64,000 nucleotides of DNA from Gemmatimonadota bacterium (GTDB lineage: Bacteria > Gemmatimonadota > Gemmatimonadetes > Gemmatimonadales > GWC2-71-9), in assembly GCA_039586815.1 (NCBI GenBank), contig JBDHJR010000022.1, forward strand, positions 785-64,784. The letters are read 5' to 3'. How positions within the stretch are numbered: position 1 is the first letter of the stretch; each line of letters starts with the position of its first letter. The notes beneath the pieces are model-generated. The model ran no database searches and was not told the DNA's origin. It saw only the letters and a list, made by a program, of their open reading frames with translations. Shown in pieces: positions 28,559-41,703 of the stretch. Made by a program: the position numbers and the translations under genes.

Positions 28559-28929
28559 TCCTGCTTCCCCAGCAGGGATTCCATCTTCGAGAGCAGGCGC
28601 GGCAGCTCGATCGGCTTGGTGTCGTAGTCGTCGCACCCGGCTTCGAGCGCCTTTTCGCGATCGCCCGCCATGGCGTGCGCGGTGAGCGCGATGATCGGGA
28701 CCTCCTGCGTCGCGGGCTCGGCACGCAGCTGGCGGGTGGCCTCCCAGCCGTCGATCTCAGGCAGGCTCATGTCCATCAGGATGAGGTCGTAGCCGTCCGC
28801 CTTGGCCATCTCCACGCCCTGGCGACCGTCCACCGCGATGGCGACATCGAAGCCCTTGCGCTGGAGCCGGCGCGACAGCATGTCGCGGTTCATCTCGTTG
28901 TCTTCAACCAACAGGATCCTCGGCATCAA
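28555..28929 (-). CDS. stand-alone response-regulator receiver (CheY-like)
   Basis: MMPRILLVEDNEMNRDML...DLILMDMSLPEIDGWE...ALTAHAM...DYDTKP, 124 aa. Confidence 0.9.
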   Translation of the reverse strand: MMPRILLVEDNEMNRDMLSRRLQRKGFDVAIAVDGRQGVEMAKADGYDLILMDMSLPEIDGWEATRQLRAEPATQEVPIIALTAHAMAGDREKALEAGCDDYDTKPIELPRLLSKMESLLGKQE

Positions 28930-28942
28930 TCCCCCGTGGGCG

Positions 28943-31093
28943 CTATTTCGCCGCGGCCCCGGCGGGCGCTGGTGCCACTACCGCCGGCAGGCGTACGGTG
29001 AACGTGGTTCCTTCCCCTGGCGCGCTCTGGACCGAAACGTCGCCGCCCATCATCTCGCAGAACCGCCGCGTGATGGCGAGCCCCAAGCCCGTGCCGCCGT
29101 ACTTGCTCGTGGTGGACGCATCCGCCTGCGAGAACGCCTCGAACAGACGGTCCATCTGCTCCTCCGTCATGCCGATGCCCGTATCGCTCACGCTGACGAT
29201 GATCGCGTCGCCCTCGAATGGCGCCTCGTCCGCGCGGCGCCGCGTGTCGAGTACTACGGTGCCCCCCTCGGTGAACTTGCAGGCATTCGACAGCAGGTTG
29301 AGCAGCATCTGCCGCACCTTGGTGAGGTCGGCGTGCATGCGACCCAACTGCGCCTCCCGGCGAACCTCCAACTGATTGTCGTTCTTGTCCACCAGGGGCC
29401 GGGCCGTGGTCACCACGTCGTCCAGCATCGCGTCGACGTCGAACTCCTCGATGAAGAGGTCCATCCGCCCGGCCTCGATCTTGGAGAGATCGAGCACGTT
29501 GTTGATCAGCGAGAGCAGGTGGCGCCCGGCAGTGTTGATCTTCTCCAGGTCGGTGCCGAACTCGCCGTGGCCGAGGTCGACGACCTCCTCCTGCAGCATC
29601 TCGCTGTAGCCGATGATCGCATTGAGCGGCGTGCGCAGCTCGTGGCTCATGCTCGCGAGAAATTGGCTCTTGGCGCTGTTTGCGGCCTCGGCCTCCTGCC
29701 GCGCGCTGAGCAACTCGGTGATGTCGTGGTACAGTCCCATCAGGCCGACACGCTCCCCGTCCACGATCACCGGCACACCGAGCACCTCGACGTCCACCAT
29801 CGTACCGTCCTTGCGGCGCCGGCGTCCGATGCCGTGCACCGCGTGGTCCAGGGCGTCGCGCGTGTACTGCTCTGCCTCGGTGCGGGAGGCTTCCGTGGTG
29901 ATCAGCTCGTCGAGGTTGCGACCCACCGCCTCCGCGCTGGAGTAGCCGAACAGCCGCTCGAAGGCGGGATTGCACGAGTAGATGTGATAGTCCCGACCGA
30001 GCGTCACGATCGCTACGGGGCTGTTCTGCAGCACCTCCTCGAAGTACTGCTTCTGTCTCTGTGCGGCGGTGTAGAGGCGGGCGTTCTCGATCGCGATGGC
30101 CGCCTGAGGCGCAAACATGTTGAGCAGCCGCAGGTCCTCGGGACCGAACACCCGCTCGGGATCGGAGTGCACCGTGGCGATGGCGCCCACCAGGCGGCGC
30201 CCGATCAGCAACGGCGCCGCCATCACCGAGTGCACGGTCAGGTCGGCGTACTTGGCCGAGCGCCCCAGCCACTCGTGATACGACGGGATGATGAGCGGCT
30301 CGTGCGTGCGTGCCACCGTTCCCATCGCGCCCTCTCCCAGCTTGAGCCGCGTGCCGGTGGACTCCTTGCCGATGTCCTGGCTCGCCACGACCTGCAGCTC
30401 CTGTGACTCCTCCTCGAAGATGGCTACCTCGCCGCCCGTCACCCCCAGCAGGCTCACGGCGCGGCGCAGCACCGCCTGCAGCACGCGCGGCAGCTCCAGC
30501 TCGGCAGAGAGGTCGGCCATGGTGTCGAGCAACGCCTTGTGTTCGTCGGCGCGCAGCCGCTCCGCCACCAGCAGCCGGGCGCGGCCCACCGCGATCCCCG
30601 CCTGGTTGGCCGCAGCCGTGAGGATCTCGAAGTCGTCATCGCCGAACGCATCGGGCTCCGCGCTCTCCACCACGAGCACGCCGATGGTCTGACCGTCCAC
30701 GCGCAGCGGCACGTCCAGCTCGGAGCCGGTGCTGAGGCTCGGCAGGTACTTGCTCTCGCGGGTGACGTCGGGCGTGTAGTGCAGCTTTCCGTCCATCAGG
30801 GCCTGCTCGCTGAGGCCCTCGCCCCGGTGTACGCGCCAGTCGGGTGGCACGTCGGGCCAGCCCACGCTCGCCTGGAGCACCCGATCTCCGGTTTCGGTAT
30901 CCAGCAGGAAGACGCCCAGGAAGTTGTAACCCAGCGCTTCGTCCTGCAGCCCGCTCACCACCGACTGGTAGATCGCCTCCTCGTCCTGTGCAGCGGCAAT
31001 CGCCGTGCTCAGCCGCAGCAGCGCGGCCTGACGCCGTGCGAGCGCTCCCCGCGAGTTCGTGTGCGTCTCGGCCGCGCCGGCGCGCTCGCTCAT
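28943..31093 (-). CDS. cytoplasmic sensor histidine kinase, GAF-GAF-PAS-HisKA-HATPase
   Basis: ATG at 31093 (ATGA with the upstream stop). H-box [20 protein letters not shown]; N box [11 protein letters not shown]; G boxes DTGIGM and GGTGLGLAI. No receiver, no TM segment. Confidence 0.9.
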   Translation of the reverse strand: MSERAGAAETHTNSRGALARRQAALLRLSTAIAAAQDEEAIYQSVVSGLQDEALGYNFLGVFLLDTETGDRVLQASVGWPDVPPDWRVHRGEGLSEQALMDGKLHYTPDVTRESKYLPSLSTGSELDVPLRVDGQTIGVLVVESAEPDAFGDDDFEILTAAANQAGIAVGRARLLVAERLRADEHKALLDTMADLSAELELPRVLQAVLRRAVSLLGVTGGEVAIFEEESQELQVVASQDIGKESTGTRLKLGEGAMGTVARTHEPLIIPSYHEWLGRSAKYADLTVHSVMAAPLLIGRRLVGAIATVHSDPERVFGPEDLRLLNMFAPQAAIAIENARLYTAAQRQKQYFEEVLQNSPVAIVTLGRDYHIYSCNPAFERLFGYSSAEAVGRNLDELITTEASRTEAEQYTRDALDHAVHGIGRRRRKDGTMVDVEVLGVPVIVDGERVGLMGLYHDITELLSARQEAEAANSAKSQFLASMSHELRTPLNAIIGYSEMLQEEVVDLGHGEFGTDLEKINTAGRHLLSLINNVLDLSKIEAGRMDLFIEEFDVDAMLDDVVTTARPLVDKNDNQLEVRREAQLGRMHADLTKVRQMLLNLLSNACKFTEGGTVVLDTRRRADEAPFEGDAIIVSVSDTGIGMTEEQMDRLFEAFSQADASTTSKYGGTGLGLAITRRFCEMMGGDVSVQSAPGEGTTFTVRLPAVVAPAPAGAAAK

Positions 31094-34000
31094 GATTGCC
31101 GCACCCCGGCCGGAGGCCGACCGACCACCAGCCCCCGCAGGTGCGCCAGCAGTCGGTCGCGGTCCAGGCCGCGCTTCTCGACGATCCACTCGACCCCCCC
31201 GTTGAGCCGCTGGCGCTCTCCCTCGGTGAGGTCCTTGCCGGTGATTACGACGACCGGCACCGTGCGGCAGCCCTCCAGCTCGCGGAAGGCGGCCAGGAAC
31301 TCGAACCCGTCCATCTCCGGCATCATGAGGTCCAGCAGCACCAGCTCGGGCCGCTGCTCGGCCACCCGGTCGAGGGCAACGCTGCCGTTCTCCGCCTCGG
31401 TGACGCGCCACCCTTGCTGCTCCAGGGCGCGCCGCAGCAGTGCCCGCGTGGCGCCGTCGTCGTCCACTACCAGCACTGCCGCCTCCGCACTCGGGCGGCT
31501 GTAGCGGGTCAGCACCGTGGCGAGTCGCTCCCGGTCTATCGGCTTGGTCAGGTACTCCGAGGCACCCAGCGCGTACCCCAGGTTCTTGTCGTCCACGATC
31601 GTCAGCATGACGACGGGAATGTCGCGCAGCTCCGCGTCCTCCTTGAGCGTCGAGAGCACCGTCCAGCCGTCCATTCCCGGCATGACGACGTCCAGCGTGA
31701 TCACGTCGGGTCGCTCCGCGCGCGCCACGCGCAAACCGCTGCCGCCATCGGGCGCTTCCAGCACGCGGAAGCCCTCCTTGGACAGGATGCGCGCCATCAG
31801 CGTGCGCGCGGCGGGGTCGTCGTCGATCACCAGTACCGATCCCGCGCTGCCGTCGCCGCTGTGCTCCGGTTCAGGGGCGGAGCTTCCGGCCGGTGCAGGC
31901 GCGGCGACTTCCTCGTCCCCACTGATGATCGCGGGAAGTCGCACCGTGAAGGTCGTGCCACTCCCCTCCGCGCTCTCCACCGTGATGCTGCCGCCCATCA
32001 TCTCGGAAAACCGCTTGCTCAGTGCCAGCCCGAGTCCGGTGCCGCCGTATTTCGCCGCGGTGGAGGCGTCGGCCTGGGCGAACGCCTCGAACAGCCTGTC
32101 CAGCTGTTCGCGGGTCATGCCGATGCCGGTATCCCGCACGGCGAACAGCAACCACTCGCCCGCGCCGGAGTCTCCGTCCCGTGTGACCTCGAGCGAGATG
32201 GTGCCCCGTTCGGTGAACTTTGCGGCGTTGGACAGCAGGTTGAGCAGCACCTGACGCACCCGCGTCCCATCGGATTGCATGGTTCCCAGAGTGTCGCCGG
32301 CGCGCAGCTGCAGCTCGTTGCCGTTCTTCTTGATGAGGGGCTCCACGGTCGTGGCCACGTCCGAGACTGCGGCTGCCACGTCGAACGTCTCCACGTAGAG
32401 CTCCATCTTGCCCGCTTCGATCTTCGACAGATCCAGCACGTCGTTGATCAGGCTCAGCAGATGGCGGCCCGCGCCGTGGATCTTCTCTAGGTCGGGAACG
32501 AATCCGTCCTGCCCGGCGTCCCGCGCGTCCTCCTGCAGCATCTCTGCGTAGCCGAGAATGGCGTTCAGCGGCGTGCGCAACTCGTGACTCATGCTGGCGA
32601 GGAACTTGCTCTTTGCCGCGTTGGCGGCCTCGGCGTCGCGTCGCGCGTCCCTCAGCTCCGTGATGTCGTGGTACAGCGCGATGATCCCGACCTGCTCTCC
32701 CCCCACGAGAACCGGGATCGTGAACAGCTCCACGTCCACCATGGAACCGTCCTTGCGGCGCCGGCGTCCCGTGCCCTTGGTCATCTTGCCGGCCAGACCC
32801 TCCTGGGTGTAACCGGCCGCGGCGGCGCGCGTCTCGGGAGTGGTCACCAGCTCGTCGAGATTGCGACCCACCACCTCGTCCTGGGTGTAGCCGTACAGCC
32901 TCTCGAACGCCGGATTGCACGACACGATGTTGAAGTCGAGGTCGAGGTTGACGATCGCGACCGGGTTGTTCTGCACCAGGTCCTGGAAGTACCGCTGCGA
33001 CGCCTCGAACAGGCGCGCGTTCTCGATTGCGATCGCGGCCTGCGGAGCGAACAGCTCGAGCCGTCGGAGGTCTTCCCCGCCGAACTCGCGTGACGGGTCG
33101 CCGTGCACCGCGGCAATGGCTCCCACCAGGCGGTTGCCGATGATCAGCGGAGTGGCGATGACCGACTGCAGCTCGGTCTGGGTGTACTGGTGCTGGTTCG
33201 AGCGGCCCTCCCACTCCTGGTACCGTGGGATGATGAGCGGCTCCCGTGTCTTGGCCACTCGTCCCATGGCGCCCTCGCCGATCGCCATGCGGGTGCCCAC
33301 GGCGTCGGAGGGCATGTTGTGGCTCGCCACGATGGCGAGCTCGTTGCGCCACTCGTCGACGGTGGCGAGCTCCCCTCCGGTGACGTTGAGGAGGTCCACG
33401 GCGCGCTTCAGCACCCGCTGCAGCACCTTGGAAAGCTCGAGCTCGCCGGACAGATCCTTGAGCGTGTCGAGCAGCGCCTGCTGCTCCCCTGCCTGCTGCC
33501 GCTCGGCAGTGAACAGCCGTGCGTTCTCGATGGCGATAGCCGCCTGCGCCGCGAACAGGTTGAGCAGACGGAGATCCTCGCGGCCGAACTCCCGCTGCGG
33601 GTCGGTGTGCACCGCCGCGATGGCTCCCACCAGGCGAGTGCCGATCAGCAGCGGCGTGACCGCGGCCGCCCGTATGTCTCCCGTGTACTGTGGAGACGCC
33701 CCCTCCCACTCCTGGTAGTCGGGTATGATGAGCGGCTCCCGCGTCACGGCCACCCGTCCCATGCCCCCCTCGCCGAGCTGCATCCGGGTGCCGGTAGAGT
33801 CCTTCCCGATGCCGTGGCTCGCCACCACGACCAGCTCCTCGGATGCTTCGTCCAGCACGGCCAGCTCGCCGCCGGATACGTCCAGCAGAGGCACCGCCCG
33901 CTCGAGCACCGCCTGAAGCAGCGTGTCCAGCTCGAGCTCGCCCGAGAGGTCGGCGAGAGTATCGAGCAGCGCCCGCTGCTCGCTGCTGCGTTTGCGCTCG

Positions 34001-34397
34001 GCCGACAGCAACCGCACGCGGCCGATGGCGATGCTCGCCTGGTTCGCGGCGGCCGCCAGGATGTCGAGGTCGCCCTGGCTGAAGGAGCCGCCCTGCTCAC
34101 GCCGCACCACGAGCTCGCCGATCGCACTCTGGTCGATGCGCAGGGGGAGCCGCAGCTCGGAGCGGGAGTCGCCGGTGTCCTTGAAGCGTCCGGCGCTCGC
34201 CTTGAGTGACGGAGCGAAGGAGGCCGTGCCGGCCATGTACAGGCCCACGCCGTCGAAGCCGAACGCCGGGTGCCGCAATCCCTCGACAACGCTGCGGCAC
34301 ACGTCGTCTTCGTCCTGCGCCTCCGCAATGCGGGTGCTCAGGCCCAGCAGGGCCGACCGCATCTCGGCGGCGCTGGATTCGGGGAGCGAGGGTCTCT

Positions 34398-34401
<4 letters not shown>
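31090..34401 (-). CDS. hybrid sensor histidine kinase, GAF x3-PAS-HisKA-HATPase-REC-REC
   Basis: ATG at 34401 (ATGA). [38 protein letters not shown]1: VLVIDDD...[15 protein letters not shown]2: VLVVDDD...[12 protein letters not shown]. Confidence 0.9.
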
Positions 34402-37352
<2,951 letters not shown>

Positions 37353-37435
37353 AATAGCCGGCGTTGTTGGTTTACATGGTCAACGGTTTGGGGGAAGCGC
37401 GAGCCCGTGGGGTGGGGCGATCCCCGGGGTCGGCC

Positions 37436-37465
37436 TTGCGGCCCCCCCCCATGGTCCGCTAATGT
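37436..37465 (+). promoter_or_regulatory. candidate sigma70-type promoter with a C9 homopolymer in the spacer
   Basis: TTGCGG (37436-41), C9 (37442-50), atggtccgc, TAATGT (37460-65). The spacer is 18 nt and the element lies 52 nt upstream of ATG 37517. Hexamer matches are weak. Confidence 0.25.
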
Positions 37466-37516
37466 GTCGTGCGCCCTAAGCGGGAACAATTCTATCAACA
37501 TTTAGGAGGTGCGGTG

Positions 37517-39433
37517 ATGAGCAGTTGGCGCAGACGCCTGGGGGTACCAGGCGTCATCGTGGCCCTGGGTCTTGCCGGGGCATGCAGTGAGGCAGGGGAG
37601 GATCTGACGTCGCCCGATTCGAGCGACGTCGTTTCGCTGGCGGAGCCCGGCGAGGAGCTGACGCCGCTGTTCCAGCACGTGGACCCAGTCTTCGTGGCAG
37701 ACAATCCGTCCTGCACGGACCTGGGATACTCATTCGGCTTCAAGCCTCAGCCTGAGCCGCCTCCGACGGGCGACTATGGCTTCCCGAACACCAACTTGAC
37801 GGTCTCAATCAGTTCTGACGGCACCTACTTCGACTGGACCTCGGACCTCGGCGTCGACGCCGTGATCGTCAAGGGCGGCCCGAACGCCAACCTGTACGTT
37901 TACGATCCGCCCCAGGAGTCTCTCGGTGACGACGGGCTGCACTCGCCCATCAACCCCAACAACGACGAGCCGTTTGCCATCAGCCACATCGAGTTCTGCT
38001 ACGACTTCGAGGTGGACGTCAGCAAGGACGCCGCCACGGAGCTCACCCGCACGTACGATTGGGGCATCACGAAGGACCCCAACGGGAGCTACGTCGGCTT
38101 CCCTGGCGACGCCTTCGCGCACGAGTACACGATCACGGTGGATCGCACCGGCTTCACCGACAGCGACTGGGCAGTGTCCGGCACCATCACCATCGAGAAC
38201 AACACGCCGCTTGACGCGACGATCGAGAGCGTGAGTGACGTGATTTCTGGCGGTGTCGCGGCGACCGTGGACTGTGGTGTCGATTTCCCCCACACGCTGG
38301 CGTCTGGCGAAAGCCTGTCATGCACCTATTCCGCGGGGCTTTCCGACGGGACGGACCGCCTCAACACCGCGACCGTCGGGACCAGCGGCGACGTGGGCGG
38401 CGGAGAGGCCACGGCGGACGTCGACTTCTCCAACGCCACCATCACAGAGGTGAATGCGGAGGTCAACGTCACTGATGATTTCGGTACGTCGGACACCGGT
38501 GACGACAAGGACTTCGGCCCGCTGGGTGACGACGCTTCGGTCAACTACTCCCGGGACTTCGTCTGCCCGACCGACCTGAGCCTCTACACCGACGGCGTGT
38601 ATACCGAGTCGGTCACGAACACGGCCACGATCGACGAGACCGGTGATTCCGACGACGCCACCGTCGACCTCACCTGTTACGTCCCGGCCACGGCGAAGGT
38701 CGTGAAGACCACGACCGAGGGTGGCGAGGACATCGGGCAGTTCCCGTTCAGCTTCCAGCTGTACGCCCCGAGCGGAGACCTGATCGAGACCAAGACGCTC
38801 GGCACGAGCGGCGGCGACGTGACGTTTGACGCCGACCTGGAGGACGAGGGTACCTGGACGGTCAAGGAGATCCTGCCGGCCGGTTGGGTCAGCACGACCG
38901 ATCTGACGTGTGAAATCGTCGTCGCCTATCCCGGCAGCGAGAATCAGACGTACACCTGCGATTTCGACAACGTCGAGATGGGTCGCGTGAACCTGCTCAA
39001 GCTGACCAATGGTCTGCCGACCACGAATCAGGTGTGGAGCTTCACTCTCTACGACGCCTACGGCAACGCCGTGGCGACAGATGGCACACCGCCGGCGTTG
39101 CTCGACTTCGGCAACGTCGACCTGATTCCGGGCGCAACCTACACGGTGTGTGAGAGCCCGATCCCGGCCAGCTGGACTGTGCAGTGGGCCGTGGACGAAA
39201 ACGGCAACGGCGTGATCGACGCAGGCGAGACGCTGCCGTTCGTTGGCGGCGAGGCGGATCTCATGAATGACGGCCTGCTCCAGGTGTACGATCCGGATCC
39301 CAACTACGGGCAGAACGGTGCCGTCAATGACACGCGCTGTGTGAACTTCCAGCCAGCCCCCGGCGAGATTACCAGCTTCATCGTCGACAATCAGGAACGG
39401 CGGTCCGGCGGAAGGCTGGTTCCTGCTCGATGA
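37517..39433 (+). CDS. adhesin-like lipoprotein with several Ig/prealbumin-like repeats (reading frame interrupted near the 3' end)
   Basis: AGGAGG 7 nt upstream of the ATG. Lipobox MSSWRRRLGVPGVIVALGLAGAC. Asp/Thr/Asn-rich strands with paired Cys. TWTVKEILPAGW and YTVCESPIPASW are SpaA/Cna-B-like motifs. Confidence 0.7.
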   Translation: MSSWRRRLGVPGVIVALGLAGACSEAGEDLTSPDSSDVVSLAEPGEELTPLFQHVDPVFVADNPSCTDLGYSFGFKPQPEPPPTGDYGFPNTNLTVSISSDGTYFDWTSDLGVDAVIVKGGPNANLYVYDPPQESLGDDGLHSPINPNNDEPFAISHIEFCYDFEVDVSKDAATELTRTYDWGITKDPNGSYVGFPGDAFAHEYTITVDRTGFTDSDWAVSGTITIENNTPLDATIESVSDVISGGVAATVDCGVDFPHTLASGESLSCTYSAGLSDGTDRLNTATVGTSGDVGGGEATADVDFSNATITEVNAEVNVTDDFGTSDTGDDKDFGPLGDDASVNYSRDFVCPTDLSLYTDGVYTESVTNTATIDETGDSDDATVDLTCYVPATAKVVKTTTEGGEDIGQFPFSFQLYAPSGDLIETKTLGTSGGDVTFDADLEDEGTWTVKEILPAGWVSTTDLTCEIVVAYPGSENQTYTCDFDNVEMGRVNLLKLTNGLPTTNQVWSFTLYDAYGNAVATDGTPPALLDFGNVDLIPGATYTVCESPIPASWTVQWAVDENGNGVIDAGETLPFVGGEADLMNDGLLQVYDPDPNYGQNGAVNDTRCVNFQPAPGEITSFIVDNQERRSGGRLVPAR

Positions 39434-39485
39434 TCTGATTCCGACCACGGTTGGTGCCACGACGATTTCCAACTGCGAGGAAGGG

Positions 39486-39770
39486 GTGAGCATCCTCGAC
39501 CAGCGGGATCTCGACAGCGGCAGGAAGAGGGCCAGTGACGCGGCCTACACCCTGGCCATGCACCTGCTGGCGGCCAAGCTGAACCTGGCGGCGGGTGCGG
39601 AGACGTGCAGTGGGGTAGTGGATGCAGTTGCCGCCGGCGATGCCTTGTTGCAGAGCATCGGGTTCGACGGCACTGGCAGCTATCTGCGTCCGAAGGATGC
39701 CGAGTACCAGACGGCTCTGGCTCTGGCAGCCACGCTGGACGAGTACAACAACGGCAACCTCTGCCAGTAA
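39486..39770 (+). CDS. C-terminal helical domain, probably the +1-frame continuation of the 37517 lipoprotein gene
   Basis: This frame is open from 39345 and reads ...GGPAEGWFLLDDLIPTTVGATTISNCEEGVSILDQRD...LLAAKLNLAAGAETC...GNLCQ. The GTG at 39486 is only the track's first start codon. Confidence 0.5.
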   Translation: MSILDQRDLDSGRKRASDAAYTLAMHLLAAKLNLAAGAETCSGVVDAVAAGDALLQSIGFDGTGSYLRPKDAEYQTALALAATLDEYNNGNLCQ

Positions 39771-39808
39771 CTGCTCTTAGAGCGACATAAGGGGTTCCTG
39801 TACAGGAA

Positions 39809-39838
39809 GGGCCCGGCTTCGGCCGGGCCCTTGCTTTG
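39809..39838. terminator. rho-independent terminator, plausibly bidirectional (lipoprotein gene on + / tRNA-Gln on -)
   Basis: gggcccggc-ttcg-gccgggccc (9-11 bp stem) followed by ttgctttg. On the minus strand it is followed by ttcctgt. Confidence 0.6.
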
Positions 39839-39851
39839 AGGTGGGTGCCAG

Positions 39852-39922
39852 TTGGCCCCGATGGACTCGAACCATCATTTCCGGATCCAAAGTCCGGCGT
39901 CCTACCGTTGGACGAGGGGCCA
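39852..39922 (-). tRNA. tRNA-Gln (anticodon UUG)
   Basis: Hand-folded cloverleaf from TGGCCCC-TC-GTCC-AACGGTA-GGAC-G-CCGGA-CTTTGGA-TCCGG-AAAT-GATGG-TTCGAGT-CCATC-GGGGCCA-A. All four stems are Watson-Crick, U1:A72 pair, T-loop TTCGAGT. CCA is not encoded. Confidence 0.85.
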
Positions 39923-39977
39923 GTGCGCTGGGAATCTAACTGTGCTGGAGCGGTTGGTGGGGCGCCGAGAGCGCCCC

Positions 39978-40361
39978 TCAGTCCACTACACCCTCCCAGC
40001 CGGTGGCCCGGCGCAGCACCGAGGCTACGGCCTCCTGCAGCTCGGTGGCGTTCAGCGGCTTCACCAGCGTGCGCAGCGCACCGTAATCCTCCGCGAGGGG
40101 CAGTTGGTCGGGGCTCACCCCCGTGACGGCGATGATCTTCACGTCGGGGAAGCGGTCCTTCAGCTCGCGGATGGTCTTGAGCCCGTTCATCACTGGCATG
40201 GCCAGATCCACGATCACCGCATCGGTGGGCGAGCGCTCGTAGAACTCGAGTCCCACCTCTCCGTTGGGCGCGTAGTGGACCTCGTGCTGCGCGGCCTCCA
40301 GGACAGAGCCCGCAGCGAGGCGCGAGACCTCGTCGTCGTCGATCACGAGTATGGTGGGCAT
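39978..40361 (-). CDS. stand-alone response-regulator receiver (CheY-like)
   Basis: MPTILVIDDDEVSRL...DAVIVDLAMPVMNG...IIAVTG...LVKP. Confidence 0.85.
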   Translation of the reverse strand: MPTILVIDDDEVSRLAAGSVLEAAQHEVHYAPNGEVGLEFYERSPTDAVIVDLAMPVMNGLKTIRELKDRFPDVKIIAVTGVSPDQLPLAEDYGALRTLVKPLNATELQEAVASVLRRATGWEGVVD

Positions 40362-40493
40362 GGCTCCCCCCGGGTCACGGCCGAACCCCATTCCTAAGGG
40401 CTTCCGGGCCGGCCGTCAACGATCTTCCGCCGTGGAATCTTGCGTAAGTGGTTGGTATGTAGCCAGTTACCTGGCGCGAGCGAGTTCGCAGTG

Positions 40494-40536
40494 AGGCCAA
40501 ACAGAACGGCGCCGGCGCACCGCGCCGACGCCGTTC
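40494..40536 (-). terminator. terminator candidate after the minor-pilin operon
   Basis: On the minus strand: gaacggcg-tcggcgcggtgcgccg-gcgccgttc followed by tgtttgg. Confidence 0.45.
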
Positions 40537-40556
40537 GGGCTCATCGCCAGGCGTGC

Positions 40557-41702
40557 CTAGAAGAGCTGCACCCAGCCGCGGGAGCGCAGCGGGCTTCCCG
40601 CCGCAGCTGCCATCTGGGCACGCTGGATGGCGCAGCGAGAGTAGTTGAGCCCCACCGTGCCGATGATCGTGTTGTCGTCCAGCTGCACGTTCGCTGCCAG
40701 GACGCCGCCGACGAACTTGTTGCCGTTCCCGGCCGACTTGAGCGAGCCCCGCACCACTACGATGCCGTAGAACTCGAAGCCGCCCTGGGCGCTGAGGTCG
40801 CCTTCCACAAGCAAGAGGCCCTGGCCCACACCCGTGTTCACGGTGATGTCGCCGTTCACGTAGATCACGGGGTAGTAGCTGCCGCACTGCCCCGTCGGGT
40901 CGAGCGGGTCGCCCCAGTTCTTCTGCTGCCCGATGTCGCAGTCGCCGCCCCCGTCCAGCAGCGGCCCGATGTCCTGGTAGTTGCCGGCGGGGAGCTTCTT
41001 GTTGGCGAGCGCCTTCAGCGCCTCCCAGTCGCCGTCGCCGTAGTCGAAGAACGTGTCGTCGTCGATGAACGGATCTTCGTCCACCTTGGGGTCGCCCGAC
41101 ACACAGGCGGTGCCCTTGCATCCCCCGGTCCACTTGATGTCGTCCTCGTTGGGCACGCGCAGGCCGGCCCTGGCGGGGCCTGGAGCCGCGCAGGAGGCCC
41201 AACCCGGCGGCACGAGGTCGTTGCCGTTCAGGCCGGCGTTGCCGCCGATGGTGCCGGGGCCTCGGGTCGTCAGCGCCGCCTGGATGTCGAACAGGATGCT
41301 GCGCAGCTTAACGAACGCGCCGATGCGCTGCCGTGCCTGTCCCGACCCGCTGTAACCGGTCACGTCCACCAGGAACAGCTCGTTGTTGAGGCGGCGCACC
41401 GTGCCGTCGTAGTTGCCGCTGCCCGCGGCCGACGCTCCCACAATGGAGTCGACCCCCATAACCGGCAGCACGTTCCAGCTGACGACGTCCCACTGCGCGA
41501 TGGTTTCCGCGACGCCGTATTCGGCTGCCGCGAATGCCTGCTCGACCTTGCGGGAGTTCTGTCCCGCGCGGTTTTCCAGCATGGCGGACATGAAGAAGCC
41601 CGACACGATGGCGCCCACCACCACGAGCGACAGGATCGTGAGCAGGAGGGCGATGCCGCGCTCGTCGCGCAGCCGTGGCATGTGACTCGCTCGACTGGTC
41701 AT
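40557..41702 (-). CDS. PilX-like minor pilin / pilus assembly protein with large C-terminal domain
   Basis: N-terminus ERGIALLLTILSLVVVGAIVSGFF (PilX_N-like). C-terminus has Gly-rich repeated strands: VIYVNGDITVNTGVGQGLLLVEGDL...FYGIVVVRGSL...FVGGVLA. Confidence 0.65.
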   Translation of the reverse strand: MTSRASHMPRLRDERGIALLLTILSLVVVGAIVSGFFMSAMLENRAGQNSRKVEQAFAAAEYGVAETIAQWDVVSWNVLPVMGVDSIVGASAAGSGNYDGTVRRLNNELFLVDVTGYSGSGQARQRIGAFVKLRSILFDIQAALTTRGPGTIGGNAGLNGNDLVPPGWASCAAPGPARAGLRVPNEDDIKWTGGCKGTACVSGDPKVDEDPFIDDDTFFDYGDGDWEALKALANKKLPAGNYQDIGPLLDGGGDCDIGQQKNWGDPLDPTGQCGSYYPVIYVNGDITVNTGVGQGLLLVEGDLSAQGGFEFYGIVVVRGSLKSAGNGNKFVGGVLAANVQLDDNTIIGTVGLNYSRCAIQRAQMAAAAGSPLRSRGWVQLF

Positions 41703-41703
41703 G

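Noticed and set aside
31871-33709. 612-aa minus-strand ORF in a second frame of the HK2 gene; similar ORFs at 28926-30272, 36076-36489 and 52834-54198
   Set aside because: These are alternative frames of well-supported genes. The peptides are Arg/Gly/Pro-rich without domain signatures.
37353-39922. Genomic island next to tRNA-Gln. The lipoprotein gene looks less GC-rich: four hand-counted 60-nt lines gave 55-65% GC, against about 80% in single lines hand-counted from the kinase operon and smc.
   Set aside because: No integrase, transposase or direct repeat of the tRNA 3' end is visible. Third-codon positions remain GC-rich, and the Asp/Thr/Asn-rich protein composition can explain the lower GC. 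hppA lines are similarly ~62%. It needs a proper sliding-window GC/codon analysis before any HGT claim.
39940-39977. Hairpin ggggcgc-tctcg-gcgcccc after the receiver gene as an intrinsic terminator, and a TAGATT -10 for tRNA-Gln
   Set aside because: The hairpin has no U-rich tail on the transcribed strand. The -10-like hexamer has no convincing -35. This is too weak to list as a feature.
40375-41202. 275-aa minus-strand ORF and 433-aa plus-strand ORF (40440-41741)
   Set aside because: They are out of frame or antisense to the PilX-like gene, which has a proper hydrophobic N-terminal helix and a coding-like composition.
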